Assembly (NCBI RefSeq): GCF_009914755.1
Contig: NC_060930.1
DNA length: 64,000 nucleotides
Direction: 5' to 3' (one strand)
Source of the DNA: the human T2T-CHM13v2.0 reference genome, Homo sapiens
Part shown: piece by piece, positions 12,831 to 28,290 of the stretch
Numbering within the stretch: the first letter of the stretch is position 1
Layout: each line of letters starts with the position of its first letter
The notes under the pieces: model-generated
The model's database searches: none
Seen by the model: only the letters and a program-made list of their open reading frames with translations
Told to the model about the DNA's origin: nothing
Program-made: the position numbers and the translations under genes

Positions 12831-14724
12831 ATTTAGAGTACCTTTCTGAAAACAAGGGTTTCAGTTAGGTAACTTTCACATAGCCTTTGCCTTATCTAAT
12901 TAACAAGTGTTCCAAAACCAGGATTATTAGAATAAATAGGTTGTTGAGAATAGCAATTAAGACTAGCCTTAAAAAAAGGTAGTATAGAAAGGCCTTGAGA
13001 CCTGCATTAATGATAATATAGCTTATAATTAGCTTATCAATTAAATATGCATGGCTGTATCTAAAGGGCTTGAAAACTGTTTTTAAGGTTTTTCTTTTCT
13101 ATCTTGATTTTATATTTAGGAAAACCCAGGTAAACTCACAAATAGAGGAACATTTTTTTAAGCAGGAAAATATGTAACAATTTTTGGGCCAAATGCTTAA
13201 GAAGTGAGAATTTTGAAATGGAAACAAAAGTTGGAATCTGTCTTAGAAGTAATCTACTCCACCCCTTCTCTCCCAGCAGTTTGAGTGCTCTATTTAAAGC
13301 TAGAATTTTGAGCATGAGAACGCCACTGTGGACAACAGAGAGATTTTCTCTCTCTCTCACCTCTTCTCTTTCTCTCCTTCTATCTCCCCCTCCACCACCA
13401 TCTCTCTCATCTTCTTCCCTTTGTCCCCACCCCATTGCTTTTTTCTTTCTGCTTTTCCTGTTCCCTATCCTTACGCAGGATTGTTTTACTGTTAGCCAGG
13501 TTAAGTTTAAGCTTCTTGAGGACTTTAGTACTGAAAGACAATGGCTCACTTGTAAGACCTAGTTGAAGAGTACAGATTTAGATTTGTTCAGTGTGCTGTG
13601 ATCTGTAAAAAAAAAAAATCACAATGGGATTTCTACTAATGGATATGTAAATATATAATCATTCCTTTTATGCTTACATCCAGGGTTTAATTAATCCTTT
13701 GGTAATTAAGAATCCCTTCAAAGTTTGCTTGTGAGCATGTTGTTCCGACCAGCTATTAGCTCCTATACTAAAATTGGTTGCCTTGCAGACCTGTGTTATC
13801 AGTAATAAGCACCTCAAAAGTCACTCAGGAGGAAAACCGAATGGAAGACCTGAGCAGAGGGAATCTTCATTGTATACCTTTTTGTGTCTTTTGAATTGAG
13901 CCCTTTGAGTATATTAACTAATCAAATAAATAGTTAAATAAAATTTAAAGAGAAAACTTTCTAAACTTTTTCACTATGAGTGTGTGATCTCTGATGCCAG
14001 GTACTGTTTTGTGGAAGGGGAGAAAATACTAGGTTTCGGTAGCATCTTAACAAGTGATAAATGCTTTTGGCTTTATTTCTCACTGACATCTTGTACTTCT
14101 GGTGGTGTATTTCTTCTTTCTACTGACCAGCAAGTAAGTTCCAAAATACTGCTGAATATCAGGTTAGAAGAGAGCCAGTGTTTATTTCCCACCCTGCAGT
14201 CTTCAGTGTAAATATCTGAAAATGGTTATATTGGGAGAGACAAAAAGATCTTCCAAATCTCTCTTATACATCTGTTAGTCTACAAGAGCTTGCCAAAACT
14301 GTATTCTGAACTTTTACAGGATCCTGCTATAACCCAGCATACGTAGCCACCATCCAGATTTTGTTTTAAAAGTAGGTGTGGTTTAATTTATATTGAAGGA
14401 GGTTTCCCAGGAAGTTCCTGGGCCAGATTAGGTCTCCTCCTTCATCTTAAACTCCAATAGAAATACAGAAACCTCTCTGCTTTGATCTGAATATGTTTTA
14501 AGAGACAATGTTATGACTGGTGGTTACCGTTGCATTTTAAGTTATAAACAGTATGTAGCCACTTGCCAGAATTAACAAATAGGTTAGAGTTACATTACAT
14601 TCTTTTGAATCTGAAATTGATATTTTATCACTTGTTTTGGCCTTTTTGCTGAAATGAGAATTTGTGGACGGTGGGGGCGCAAGAGAAAAAAATGTTGGTT
14701 CCATGTCTGTCAGGTAACTGGCAG

Positions 14725-15164
14725 AGTTAAATTCCTATGGCATATTTCTGGTCGCAAAAACATCACTAAATGTCTAAATAAAGACCAAAACACTTCTAAC
14801 ATTGAATATTGACATAAATGTGAACTGTACATATATTTAAGACAGAAACTAAGCACAAGATAATATTTACCCAGTTATTCCAGCTCAGGGTGCCAGGTGA
14901 GAACCAGCCCTGGACAGGGCACCATCCCATTGCAGGGCGCACTCACAGTCACTCATTCTGGAACCGTTTAGACTCATCAATGAACCTAGCATGCATAGCT
15001 TTGGGATGTGGGAAGAGTACGCAGAAAAAAAACAGGTGTGCATGGGGAGAAGGTGTGAACCATATAGACAGTGGCCTCAGTTGGGAGTTGATTTTTTTCC
15101 CCCCTTACCATCCTTCTAATGAAATGATGTTGAAGGAAACAATGTTATTTGAGGAGCCATTGTA
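14725..15164 (+). mobile_element. MER6/MER6A (TcMar-Tigger) fragment
   Basis: ccatcccattgcagggcgcactcaca...tttgggatgtggga...catggggagaa...gttgaaggaaacaatgttatttgagga matches the recalled MER6 3' half. Confidence 0.8.
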
Positions 15165-15219
15165 CAGGACTTTAACTGGGATTTTGAAAGTTTATATCTA
15201 ACACTGTCATTTTGATTAG

Positions 15220-15788
<569 letters not shown>

Positions 15789-15799
15789 CATTTTGCTTT

Positions 15800-16320
15800 T
15801 TCTAAAAATTCATATTAATGGATGTATACAGTTGTGTCTGGCTTGTTTCAATTCGCATAATACGTTTGGGACTCATTCATGTTGTTTTCATGTAGTTTGT
15901 TCCTTTTCATTGCTTTCCATTGCATAAATTTACCACAGTTTGTTGAGCTGATGGATATTTGGGTTATTTCCAGTATTGGAGTATTTTAAGTTTCTGTAGA
16001 CCTTTGAGTACAGGTCTTTGTATGAATGTATGCTTTTATTTTCTTGCATAAATACACACAGTAGAATTTTGGGGTTGTATGATAAAGTACAGCAGCTGTA
16101 TGCTTAACTTTATAAGAAACTGCCAAACTGTTTTCCAGAGTGGCCGTACTGTTTTACAAATTCCCATCAGTAGTACATGAGCGTTCCAGTTGCTCCATAT
16201 CCTTGCCAACACCTGGTGTTGTCAGTCTTTAAAAAATTTTGGTCATTCCACTGAGTGTGGAATGTAGTTTTAATTTGTATTTTTAATTTTAATTTGTAGT
16301 TTTAATTTTCATTTCCTTTT
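15800..16320 (-). mobile_element. old L1M fragment
   Basis: aactttataagaaactgccaaactgttttccagagtggc...gttccagttgctccatatccttgccaacac. Confidence 0.85.
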
Positions 16321-17054
16321 GGTTTGTGGATTTGTACTTTGTGGCATTTATGCTAAAAGTACCAAGGAGGAAGAAAGTTGTTTTTTTCTTCAGATTGTTA
16401 TCATCTTGGTTTGTAACTTGTATGTTCTCAGAACATTATTTGATTCTCCACAATCAGTAGCACAATTAATTTTATATTAATTGGTTTTGTAGTTGTCCAG
16501 AACTCTATTACACTTAAAACGTGATCAAATACTATAAATTATTATATCATTTATGATCACACCTGATCAATTAAGAGGATTAGGGGAAGGTAAAACTTCA
16601 TGTAAATCTTTGGAAAATGGTTTTAACCTGTTTCTCAGCTAATTAAAGAATACGTAGCTATATTTCTTGTCATTCTTTTTTTGGAAACTATAATATGAAA
16701 GTTCAAAATATAAAAAAGATACTTAAAATTAGACATTTGATAGTTGGGATATGTTATAGTACTTTGAAACAAATTCTGTAATAGTATTCAGAATTGAGAT
16801 GTTTAGCACACACTGCGTCAGTTATGTTAAATGGTGGGGATGGGGTGTGGCAGGCAGTAGTGGAATGTAGAATGCTGCTGTATGCTGTGTAATGTAAGCA
16901 TCTCCGTTCCTAGTGGAGAAGTTGCATCGTGTTCTCAAGAAGCACAGAGGGAGACATTTGGTAAAGTACCAAGTAGTTGAATGAAATACAGTACATAGCA
17001 GATAAATTTTGTATATACTAACAAATCAGTAGCTATATTTGATATCCTGGGTAG

Positions 17055-17421
<367 letters not shown>

Positions 17422-17534
17422 GATAGTAATTTTTAATCTTTATGTGATGAGGTGTGCAGGTCCAGAAATCGTAACATGAATGGCAGTTAAAGGCCTTTGA
17501 GAAAGTAGGGGAGGGTGATGGATGCATCAGCCTC

Positions 17535-17553
17535 GGCCACCCTCTAGTGGCTG
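17535..17553 (-). promoter_or_regulatory. CTCF-like motif
   Basis: reverse complement cagCCACTAGAGGGTGGcc compared with core CCASYAGRKGGCRS. Confidence 0.4.
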
Positions 17554-18429
17554 CTCTGACCATATTGCAACTTCAGTTGATCCTCTTAAGTGTACATCAG
17601 GAGGGGGAATGGCTGAGGGGCTTGTTGTTTTTTATACAAAATTCTTTTTTGTATTATAAAACATCTGGAGTAATCTAGAGGAATAACTTCAGTAAGGAGT
17701 TACCTTAAATATCAACATTGGTTATTTGGGTACTAGGATTATGGATGATTTTATTTTCATAATTATACTTGAGTGTATTTTCTAAATTTTACGTAGTCAA
17801 CTTTTTGTTCTAAGTCAGAGAAACAGAAAGGAAGACTCACTGATCACCTCTGTGTGCCAGACACTGTTATATATATCATTCCTAATTCCTAATACACGAA
17901 TTTGAGTTACATTGATTAGTATATACAAAATTTATGTCCTGTATTTTCAACTTCACTTGGGGCTTTAATGGAACACTATCATTCGCTAACATTTTTGTGG
18001 CACAGACTTCTTGCTGATGTTGTTTACCAGAGTGTCCTTTGATTCTACTTCAGTCTTGCCTAGTAAAGTCATCTTTCTCCCTTAATGAATATCTCACCTT
18101 CTTTCGGGACCACTCACCAGTCTGTGAACCTTCAAAACAAATACATTCCATGTTCTTATTCATGTTGACATATGTTTGATATAGTACATACTGCCGTCTG
18201 TTGTAGTTATTTGTGTGTATTGCCTATTTCCTAGCTTTGCATCCTACAGCCCCAGAACAACACATAGAAAGCACACAGTATTTGCCTAAAACCATATATT
18301 GGAAGCTTCTACCTGCCTCAGTTTGTGATGTAATGGTATTTGACTTATTTTAATCAGTTGCTTGGCATTGTAGCACATTTTCCTAGAACCAGTATTTCAA
18401 ATGGTGTGTAGGTGCCTAAGCCCTGAAAT

Positions 18430-18620
18430 ACTGGTTTTAAAACTTAGCCACACATTTAAAAACTGGAGAGTTAAAAAAAAAACAAAAAAAACCTCCAATG
18501 TCCAGGTTACACCTCATACACGTGGAATCAAAGTATTTGGAATGGAAGCCAGGTATCAGTATTTTTAAAAAAGACACCCCATGTTATTTGGATGTTCAGC
18601 AAAAGTTAATGAACCACTAC
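18430..18620. mobile_element. MER5-family MITE
   Basis: ctggttttaaaacttagccacacatt...ccaggtatcagtatttttaaaa...gaaccact. Confidence 0.65.
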
Positions 18621-18779
18621 CCTATTTAATCTATACTGCATGGGTACTAAAGTTAAACTCCTGACATTTAAAGTTTTGCTTTTGGGGAAAATACTTTTCT
18701 CAAGCCAGATGCAAGAGGTTTTGATGGCATAAGACCTACAGATAACTAACAGGCTTATTTAAGCCCAGGTATTTATTGT

Positions 18780-18990
18780 TAAAGGAGGTATTTGTCCAAC
18801 TTACTCTCAAATAGTTCCCAAAAAATGTTTGCAAGGGGAGAGAGAGAGAATGAGAATGGTAAAGCAAATGGGGGCAAAATGTAAACGGTTGCTGAATTCT
18901 ATAAAGGCTGTATGGGATTGACTAATATTAGTCGTGCAACTTTTTTGTAAGTTTGTAAAACTTTTTAAAAGTTTTGTTAAAAAGAGAGAG
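18780..18990 (+). mobile_element. L1M 3' end fragment
   Basis: aaagcaaatgggggcaaaatgtaaac...tgcaacttttttgtaagtttg. Confidence 0.6.
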
Positions 18991-19056
18991 AGAATTTGTT
19001 AACACAGATAAATCACTAATTGGTGAAATAGTAGAGATTTTTGTTTGTAATTTTAC

Positions 19057-19372
<316 letters not shown>

Positions 19373-19979
19373 TAGATTTTTGTTTTTAATTTTTAAAAAT
19401 ATTGGAGTGCACAGAGTATATCTGGCTTCAATCATCTCTTTTCATTCATGTTGCTGTTTGACTGAAATCCTCTTTCTCCTGGCGGATGGGATTGGCGGGT
19501 GGTCCTATTTTCTAAAGGGAGGAGGCATTTCCTATTTAATCTTGAGGATACAGGGAAGATGGTATAGAGTTAAGCATCAACCCACTTCTCTGTCTCTTCT
19601 TTTTGCCTCTTCTTTCTGCTTCATTGGCACAAAATACTGTTTCCATTAAGATGCTTAAAAGTGATGCAGGTGCAGTTCTGCAAATTTAGAAAATAATCAT
19701 TCGTTGGAAGATACGTTAGATCGTTTAATTTTAACCTCCTGCTTTTTACCAATATGATGACTAAACCAAGACTGGTAGATGTAACCTTATACTTTATTTA
19801 AGGTCTACAAGGAGGAGGAGTATATATTTTACTGTTTCTCTTGTTATCTAGAATTTAACATGGGATATTTACCTTTAGGGAAATCTTTTATATTATAACT
19901 CTGCCCTGGATGCTTAGTTAGTTAACTGTGCTTTTGTAGTTTCTTTAAGGATTGTGGCTAGTAATTATGAAAATATACT

Positions 19980-20735
19980 AAATCTCATTACTAATCAGAG
20001 AAATGCAAATTAAAACAAAAATGAGGTAATTTCACACCATTTTATTGGCAAAAATTAAAATGTCTGGCACTGCCAAATGTTAATGAGGATGTGTGGGCTC
20101 TGCTATTGGTGGGTGTAAGAATTGAATACTGCCTTCATGAACAGTTTGGCAATATTTGATAAAGGAGGCATTCCTTTTGGCCTGACATTTCTAAGTCTGT
20201 ATTCTGGAAATGCTTGTTCAAAGGAGTCAGGTACAAGAGTATTCATCATAGCAGTGTTTATGTTAATGGAAAACTTAGAAACAAGCCAACTCTCCAGCAG
20301 CAAGTGAATAGATTAATTGTGGTTTGTTCATACCCTAGAACACTATGCAGCTATTAGCAAGGAATACATCTCAAAAACATGGTTGAATTAAAAAACAAGT
20401 TTCTGAATGATGTGTATGTATGACACCATTATATAAAGTTGGGCAACTTGCAAAATCTTGTGTTTGTGGATACTTATTTGTAGAAATAGTATTAAAACAT
20501 GCATTGGAATGCAAACCCTGAACCAAATTTAGGATAGCAGTTACTTCTAGGAAACAGAGAAGGGTATAGGATTTGAGGAGTACACACAGATTTTCAACTT
20601 GACCTGTGGTGTTTTCTTTCTTATTAAAACTCTGAAGCAAATATAGTGAAATGTTAAGATTAGACAAAGCTAGCTAGTGGGTGCAGTTGTTGTGTTATTC
20701 TCTGTAACTTTCTGTATATTTATAAAATACATGAT
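19980..20735 (+). mobile_element. L1ME-type 3' region
   Basis: aatcagagaaatgcaaattaaaacaaaaatgagg...ttggcaaaaattaaaa. Confidence 0.8.
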
Positions 20736-20847
20736 TAGATACATTGAGGGTAGTATGTTTATAATGGGCCATACATTCAGTCACCAGTGGTAACATAGAA
20801 CAGCAGACTGTGTCTTGCAGATGAGACCTAAGACAGTAGTTCCTTAG

Positions 20848-21040
20848 ACAGTAGTTCAGAACTTAGGTTTTGGAGTCAAATATACCTGGATTAAATTACA
20901 GCTTATCCACTTGTTAGCCATCTGACTTTGGGCTTTAGTGTGCACATCTATGAAGTAACAATCAAACTTACCTCTTAGAGGTGGGTTGTGAGATTTTAAA
21001 AAAGTATGCTTCAAGTAATACCCACTCAATATATGATAGC
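20848..21040 (+). mobile_element. MIR
   Basis: ttttggagtcaaatatacctgg...ccacttgttagc...gactttgggc. Confidence 0.6.
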
Positions 21041-23154
21041 TTCATTTAGCCTTTAACCACCTAGATTAAATAATTCTTGTTTCAAAGAACCATACTTCAG
21101 AGAACCATGGGACGATATGTTACAAATACAATATCGCTTCTTTTCTGTATGACTGGCATAATTAAAAGTTTCTAAAAGGCAAGTCCATGCCAGAACTTAA
21201 GAGAACACACTGGAGTTATATTCTGTACTGAGTTCCACCTACAAACTTAATTATGAAAGATGGTTGAGGTTAACTTTGTTATTGTGCTTTCCTCCTGGAT
21301 AAGCTTGCTTTTTAAAAGGAAAAAGCTCCTTTAAAAATAGGTTCAGTTAAACTTACAATTTTGCAGCAACCTCAAATCCTCACTCTTAATGGATTTGTCC
21401 AGTGAAAATGGTAAACAAGAACACATACATGGTATGTAAAGGTAGATATAGGTACAACAAATGAAAGTATATTTTCCTGGACTGGAAAAATTCCTTTTTG
21501 CAAAGGTTATGTTTTTGTTGATCCTTTTCTTGATTTTCAGTGCAGAATTACTGTTAATATATTTTAATTGACCTTTGAGAGCTGTCTTAGGGATCTCTAG
21601 AAATATTATTAAATATATTCATAAGCCAGGCTCAGATATTCATAATCCATAGCGAGGAAAACTCTTCCTTACTATGTGTCAGAAAGAGAAGAAGGTAGAT
21701 GACCTCTCTCCCCCAAATGTCTTGAACTTCCCTTTTCTAACCTGGCATTGCTTGCTTGCCTTCTGACCAAATTCATCACATTGGGAAGTGGAAGTATACA
21801 TTGCTATCTGATGAGATTTCATTTTAAAAGTTCTCCCCAGTGAAAGCATTATAGGCACTTCAGAGTTGTGGGTGTTTGGCAGGTGTCTACAGCCAAGGAG
21901 AGTGAGGGAAAAGTGTTTCAAGCCCAGCTGTGTGGTAGAAATGGAGCATCTTCATCCAGCATCTCCCAGTGAATTGATCATGTGTGGAAACACTAGTCCA
22001 AAAGGTAACTCACAGCTTATGGAGGGACCAGAAGCTTTGGAATAAAGCACAGGAGAAGGAACCCATGTGAGGAAGTTGGGCAGGAGCTGTTTGGCGTTAC
22101 AGTTAGAAGCATTGCCTTTCCATTCCACGATGACTTCAACTGGTATTTGAAGCTAGTTATTAGTGTGCCCAGTGAGCCATGCATTTCTGAGGTATCTCAG
22201 TGTTTTTAAAATAAAGTCTGAAATCTTGATCTGCTTAGTTCCACCAAACCCTGTTCAAATTTTCTGAAGGCACTTTAGCAGAGCTTGTCTTTTCATTTTG
22301 TGAATACTAAACTGTAAACAATGTTCTTAAAGCGGTAAAGGGAATATACATTTTTAGAATTTCTATATTTGATACTTGAAAAGTTGGGATAGAGGAGAGA
22401 CCTGGTGTTTGTGTCTCACTGGAGAGGGAAACTCCTGCTCCCATTAAAAAAAAAAAGAATCATATATTTCTAGATGTATATTTCAGTCTTCCGGGAAACT
22501 CCCTTTACAGTTTACCTTCCTAGGCAATGATACAGACCTGTTTGTTTTATGGAAATGAGTGTTAACTATATTTTCTCAAACTACAGAAAATAATATTCAT
22601 GTTATTCGTGTCAGCATTCTTGATCTCTGGTTTTGGGTATTGTCCCCTCCCCCAAGTCTTATCTCATTCTCAAAAGTATGCCTTTTCCTAGGTTCCCAGA
22701 AAACTACTTATAATTTGCCCTTCCCTCCTTTTTGCGGACTTTGAGGATCAGCTCCCTTTTGCAGTTGTTGGTGGACTAAAATGACATTATACTATCACAG
22801 TTGAGGTGCCAGTTATCTTAATATAATATGAGTTTAGCATGTTTATATGTGGCTTTTGGAATAAGATGGGTCAGGTAATATCACCTGTAACCTGACTCCT
22901 ATTTTTATAAAATGGTCATTAGCCTCATCATCCATAATCTTTATTATAAAAGGGGCCCACTGATACTACACATTCCTTTAGTATCTTCTCATATTAATAA
23001 ATGAAGAACATTTTAGTTAGGTTTGCATTTTGAAATGAAATACAAAGAACCTAAAACTATTGTTTTGTAATATATCACAAGTGATTACAATAAAGCCATT
23101 ATCAGGTAACGTTTTCCTCTTTACATTCTATTTTCAAAACATATAACGTTTTAT

Positions 23155-24350
23155 TTTTTTAAACATAAAAACATACTAAGTTTTTGAAGGGGAAGTACAC
23201 ACATTCCACAGAATTTTTAAAAGGTATAAGGGTATACGCTAAATCTCCCACCTGCTCCTGATCCCCATCCACACATTTATACTCATTTTGTTTTTCATAT
23301 TTACACCTCTGCTGTGCCCTTTTCTTTCTACTCAGAATTTCTTGGAGGTCATTTCGTATCGGTACCAATGCTCATTCTTTTATTGTGGCTGTATAGTTTT
23401 ACATTATACTGCCATTTATTAAACCAGTTCTCTGTTTTGGAGTATTTAGATTACCCCTTCCTAGGCTTTTACTAAAACAACTCTCCAGTTATTATTTGTG
23501 TATGTAGGGTACTTTGTACATGCAAGATTATATCTGTAAGATCAACTCTTTGATGTAGAATTGATGGGTCAAAGTGTATGTGCACTTTTCATTTTGATAT
23601 TGCCAAATTGCCCTCTGTAGAGGTTGAAATAATTTACACTCCCACTGGCAGTGTTTGAGAGTCCATTCTCCTGGCAGCAGAGAAGAAACTTTTTATTTTT
23701 GCCAATCTGATAGACTTTTTTTTTTGAGACAGAGTGTCACTCTGTCACTCAGGCTGAAGTGCAGTGGCGCCATCTGGGCTCACTGCAACCTCCACCTCCT
23801 GGGTTCAAGCAATTCTGTCTCAGCCTCCCAAGTAGCTGAGATTACAGGCATCTGCCACTACGCCCAGCTGATGTTTGTATTTTTAGTAGATACAGGGTTT
23901 CACCATCTTGGTCAGGCTGGTCTTGAACTCCTGACCTCGTGATCCACCCACCTCGGCCTCCCAAAGTGCTGGGATTACAGGCATGAGGCACCACACCCGG
24001 CCTGATAGATTTGTTAAAATGATATCTTATTTTGCTTTAGTTTGTATATGTTGAGGTTGAACATTTTTAATACACTTAAAGAGTAATTCAGATTTCTGTG
24101 AATTTTGTGTTCATGCTCTTTGTCCATTTTTTCTATTAGACTTTGGGTCTTTTTTATTTGTGGGAGCCCTTTTCACATTAAGAAAATGAGTCCTTTTCTA
24201 TACTGTGTGTTGCAAATATTTTCTCCAACAATTTGTCATTTGATCATGTATGGCATATGTTGAAATACAGAAAGTTTTTATTTTTACGTAGTCAAATATA
24301 TTAGTCTTTACTTTTATGGCTTCTGGGGTTTTTTTGGGTCATTCTGAAGG
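23155..24350 (-). mobile_element. old L1M fragment interrupted by an Alu
   Basis: attgccaaattgccct...aatttacactcccactggcagtg...ttgcaaatattttctcc. Confidence 0.8.
23716..24002 (-). mobile_element. Alu (AluSg-like)
   Basis: dimer; TSD tgataga. Confidence 0.94.
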
Positions 24351-24470
24351 TTGTCCCTTAGAAAAATTTATGTTTTCTTTAAATGCTTCTTCGGTTTGCT
24401 TTTTATAGTTAACTAGGCTTATGTTTTTGATGAAAGACATCTTAAACATTAATATCAAAACACCATTTTG

Positions 24471-24764
<294 letters not shown>

Positions 24765-24829
24765 TCAAAACACTATTTTGGCCTTCTCATAATGCCTTTG
24801 CTGTTTAACTGCAGGATGGGCCTGCATGG

Positions 24830-25020
24830 CATAGACTGTAGATCCAGGCACATGGGCAAATCATAGCTTTGTTACCTAACTGCTGTGTGAGATAGACAGA
24901 TTAATGTATCTAACTTTGTTTTCTCATATGTAAAATGAGAAAATTATACCTGCCTCCAGAGTAGTTACGAGAATTGGAAGATAATGTATATATTAATTAT
25001 ATTCTTAAAGCACAGTGTTA
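24830..25020 (+). mobile_element. MIR
   Basis: tgctgtgtga...ttttctcatatgtaaaatgagaaaattatacctgcctc. Confidence 0.6.
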
Positions 25021-26819
25021 TAATTTATAATCCAACACACATTAGTTTTCTTCCTTCATCTGACTTAAACATCATAGTGATCGGAAAGATAATTAAAAAT
25101 TTTTTTTTAAGTAGAATCACTTGGTGGTTAAAAAAAGAAACATGTTTCAAATTATCTCAAAAAAATACTGTGCTTTAGTAATACTTTTGTATTAACAAAC
25201 AAGTCTCCAACATAACTCTATCCCTCTATTTATTGCATTATTTATAAATAAATGGTAGCATTTGCTTTCCAAAGAGGAGACAACTGCTGGCTTTTGTGTT
25301 AAAGCAAGACAACTATGTAATGGCATGTGGATAAAAAATATTTTTAAAATTCTTCCTCCTTAAAGGGAAGTTTAGGAAAATACATCTCCTTATTTTGCCT
25401 CTCTCCCCATTACACAGCCTGATATTGTCCAGATTGCTGTGGATCTTCTCACCAAATGAGTTTTGTATCTCTAAGTTAATTTTCTGCCAGAATCACTTCA
25501 GGCTGATGACCGTGGTGTTTGTGTATCCATTAAGCACACTGCCAGGATATGTCCACTACTTTCCACCTCTCGTATTAAACAGCTGTCAGCAGGTTTACAT
25601 AGCTACTCTCTTGCTCTGCATTAAGTGTAGGGAGCCAAAGGATGCTATGTAAAATGGTCTATAAAGGAGTTACATAGAGCTGGCTTAGAAATCACAGAAG
25701 ATAAATTCTGTCATCAGCTGGGTCAAATTTATTAGTGTTTTATACTTATATGAACAGAAAATATATGAAAGGAAATACATTTTAAAAATTCTGTTTCTTG
25801 GTTAACCTTTTCCTTTCTTCATTTAACAACCTCCAACTAGTAAAATTCAACAATTCAGAAAAAGCACATATTGGAGGAGTCTTGGGTAAGAAGCTCTCAT
25901 TAAAGTTGTATATAGCACCCTGCTGAGCTTTACAATTGGTTTTGAAATGAAAATCTGTTAGATTAGAGCAAACATTATCCCAGCTGCCGCGATAAGTAAT
26001 GTGGAGAAGATTAATGATTTGTCTATGAAAGCCAGTGAGCATTAAAGTCTGCTACTGTGCCCTTTTTAAAAGGTGCAGGTGAGAGAAGAGGTAGGAAAGA
26101 AGGGAGGACTATGCTATTCATAGCTACATGTTTATCTTCTTCATATGAGTTAGTGATTCCCTAGCTTTTTTTTCCCTTGATAAAACCAAGGAAGCTTTAA
26201 ATTTCAATGATACCCCCAGGACTAGAATTTTTCATTGACTAGGGAAAGTAAGGTGGAACCGGAGGAAAAAAACACTGCTCTTATGTAACATTGAAGGTTC
26301 TCCCTTCTTCCAATCAGCAACGAAATTTTCTTCCTCTTTTCATGGAATTAATTGCAGTACCATAATCTGTCTTCTTGTGGTAAATGTCTGAAGATATATG
26401 GGTGAAAATTAGTGATGGTAGAGTTAATACTTTTCCTCTTCACCCATTGCATGCATCATTGAAGGTAAAATAGAGCAGGGCTGCTGTTATATAACCTTAG
26501 ATTTCCTGGCTTGGTAGGGCTGTCCAAGACAATTCCTGCTTTCCCCATTCAGCAAGTGCCCCTGTTTTCTGAGACCTTCAGTGTGAGGCAGGGAGAGTGG
26601 CACCAGCACCACTGTGTGAAAATAGTGCCCTGACAGAGAAAGAATGGCTTAGATGAGTATTTAGGAGACCATCAATACTTAAATATAGGTTTATATATCA
26701 TAGCAGACTTACAGTTTTATTAGCACAAACCTAATCTTGTGATTTGGAAATCAAGTCTGGTATTGGAACCAAAGTTGATTTTTATTGTTGTCTTTTTGAA
26801 TTTTGGTATCCTGTAAACT

Positions 26820-26973
26820 CTTGCCATTCAAAATGTGCTCCTTATCACCTGAGAGCTTGTAAGAAATGCAGAATCTCAGGTCCTGCCCCATGCATTCCAA
26901 ATACTAAATCAGAATCTGTATTTTAACAAGACTACAAGTTATTTGAATGCACATTAAAATTTGAGAAGCTCCG
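26820..26973. mobile_element. MER5A
   Basis: atcacctgagagcttgtaagaaatgcagaatctcagg...aaatcagaatctgtattttaacaaga. Confidence 0.8.
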
Positions 26974-27244
26974 ATATAAACCATGGCCTGCTTTTCTAAA
27001 ATCAGCATCTATTATACTTTTCCTCTTTTCCAAAGTAGGCAAGAAGGCTTTAAAAATAAAAAAGGAAAGAAAATGCTTTTTGTTTCACCAACAGGAAGCC
27101 TGATCATGATTTTAATGTCATAGCAGTGCCATGTTTTTTGATGCTGTTTGTGCATCTTCCTGGAGACACTGTTTTAAAATGCAGCTATTTCTTCTTAATC
27201 CTTGCAACAGAAATAAGTCAGCTCTTTGCTGGTCTTTTAATAAC

Positions 27245-27460
27245 AACAGCCACCATTTATTAAGAGTTTGCTGTGTACCACACGCTATACAAAGTTTATA
27301 CAGTGCTCTAATCCTTAAAATACCGTCCTCTTCCCACTCCATTTTTCAAATGAGGAAATAGGCCCAAATAATTTTAATGTGACTTGCTTAGGTCATGTAG
27401 CTCCTAAGTATTAATGGGGTACAGACTTGATTTTGTTTGAGTCTAAAGACTTTAACCTTG
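27245..27460 (-). mobile_element. MIR
   Basis: ccatttattaagag...tttttcaaatgaggaaataggccc...gtgacttgcttaggtcatgtagct. Confidence 0.65.
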
Positions 27461-28164
27461 CTTTTCTATCCCTTTACCATTTGGTCAGAATTTATCTAAG
27501 AGCAGATAGGTAAATTGTGTAATTTCTACTAACTTGTAATATGTACTTAACTTTAGGATTACCATTATTTTGATCCTGCAGGGCACAGCACAACTTGATT
27601 GGAACAGCCTTGGGCTGGAGTAAGGACTCTTAGTATAGTTCAGCCACTAGCTGTCTTGATGACTGTTTTGTTTTCTTTCCTTTTTCTCTTGTAAAGGCAA
27701 GGAACGGGTATGTGTGTTGGGAGTGGTTAGCTTTAAGGACAAAGAATGCATATTCTTTGAAAATAAGTAAAATCAAAGTTGCTACTAGAATGTACTATTC
27801 TTTGTGAATTCATCAATTTGTAAAAATTACTGGGAGAAAAAGCGTTTGGTAATACCTTTCAATACACTCTAACCATGAATCTATAAGGCTACAAGGAGCT
27901 TTCAGAAGAAAGCTAGCCAGACACTGAATCAAGGAGGGTTTTATCCTTCCGATAGGTTTTTATTCACAAAACCTCTCTAGAGAAGGAGCTATGCATGTGT
28001 GTGTAATATGTATTTTAAGGTAGACATTACCCCTTTTCATTGAAGACAGTTGATGTGATTGAAGTATTATTCCCAACAGCTTAGCATGAGACATTTAATA
28101 ACATTTTAAGACATTTCAATAACAACATGGAAGTTTTATATTTTAAAAAGATTTGAGAGATCAA

Positions 28165-28290
28165 AAAATGATAAGTATATGAAGTAATGCATATGTTAAT
28201 TAGCTTGATTTAGCCATTCCACAATGTGTATATATTTTGAAACAACATGTTGTGTATGACTATGTAATTTTTATTGGTCAACTTAAATAA
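28165..28290 (+). mobile_element. L1MA-type extreme 3' end
   Basis: aatgcatatgttaattagcttgatttagccattccacaatgtg. Confidence 0.8.

Noticed and set aside
13136-13562. Overlapping 137-aa and 114-aa ORFs
   Set aside because: They stay open because of a CT-rich low-complexity tract; no recognisable domain.
16850-16960. Possible miRNA or H/ACA snoRNA (tggaatgt seed-like stretch, ACA-ttt end)
   Set aside because: It matches only the first 9 nt of miR-1/206, and I could not build a convincing hairpin or two-hairpin fold.
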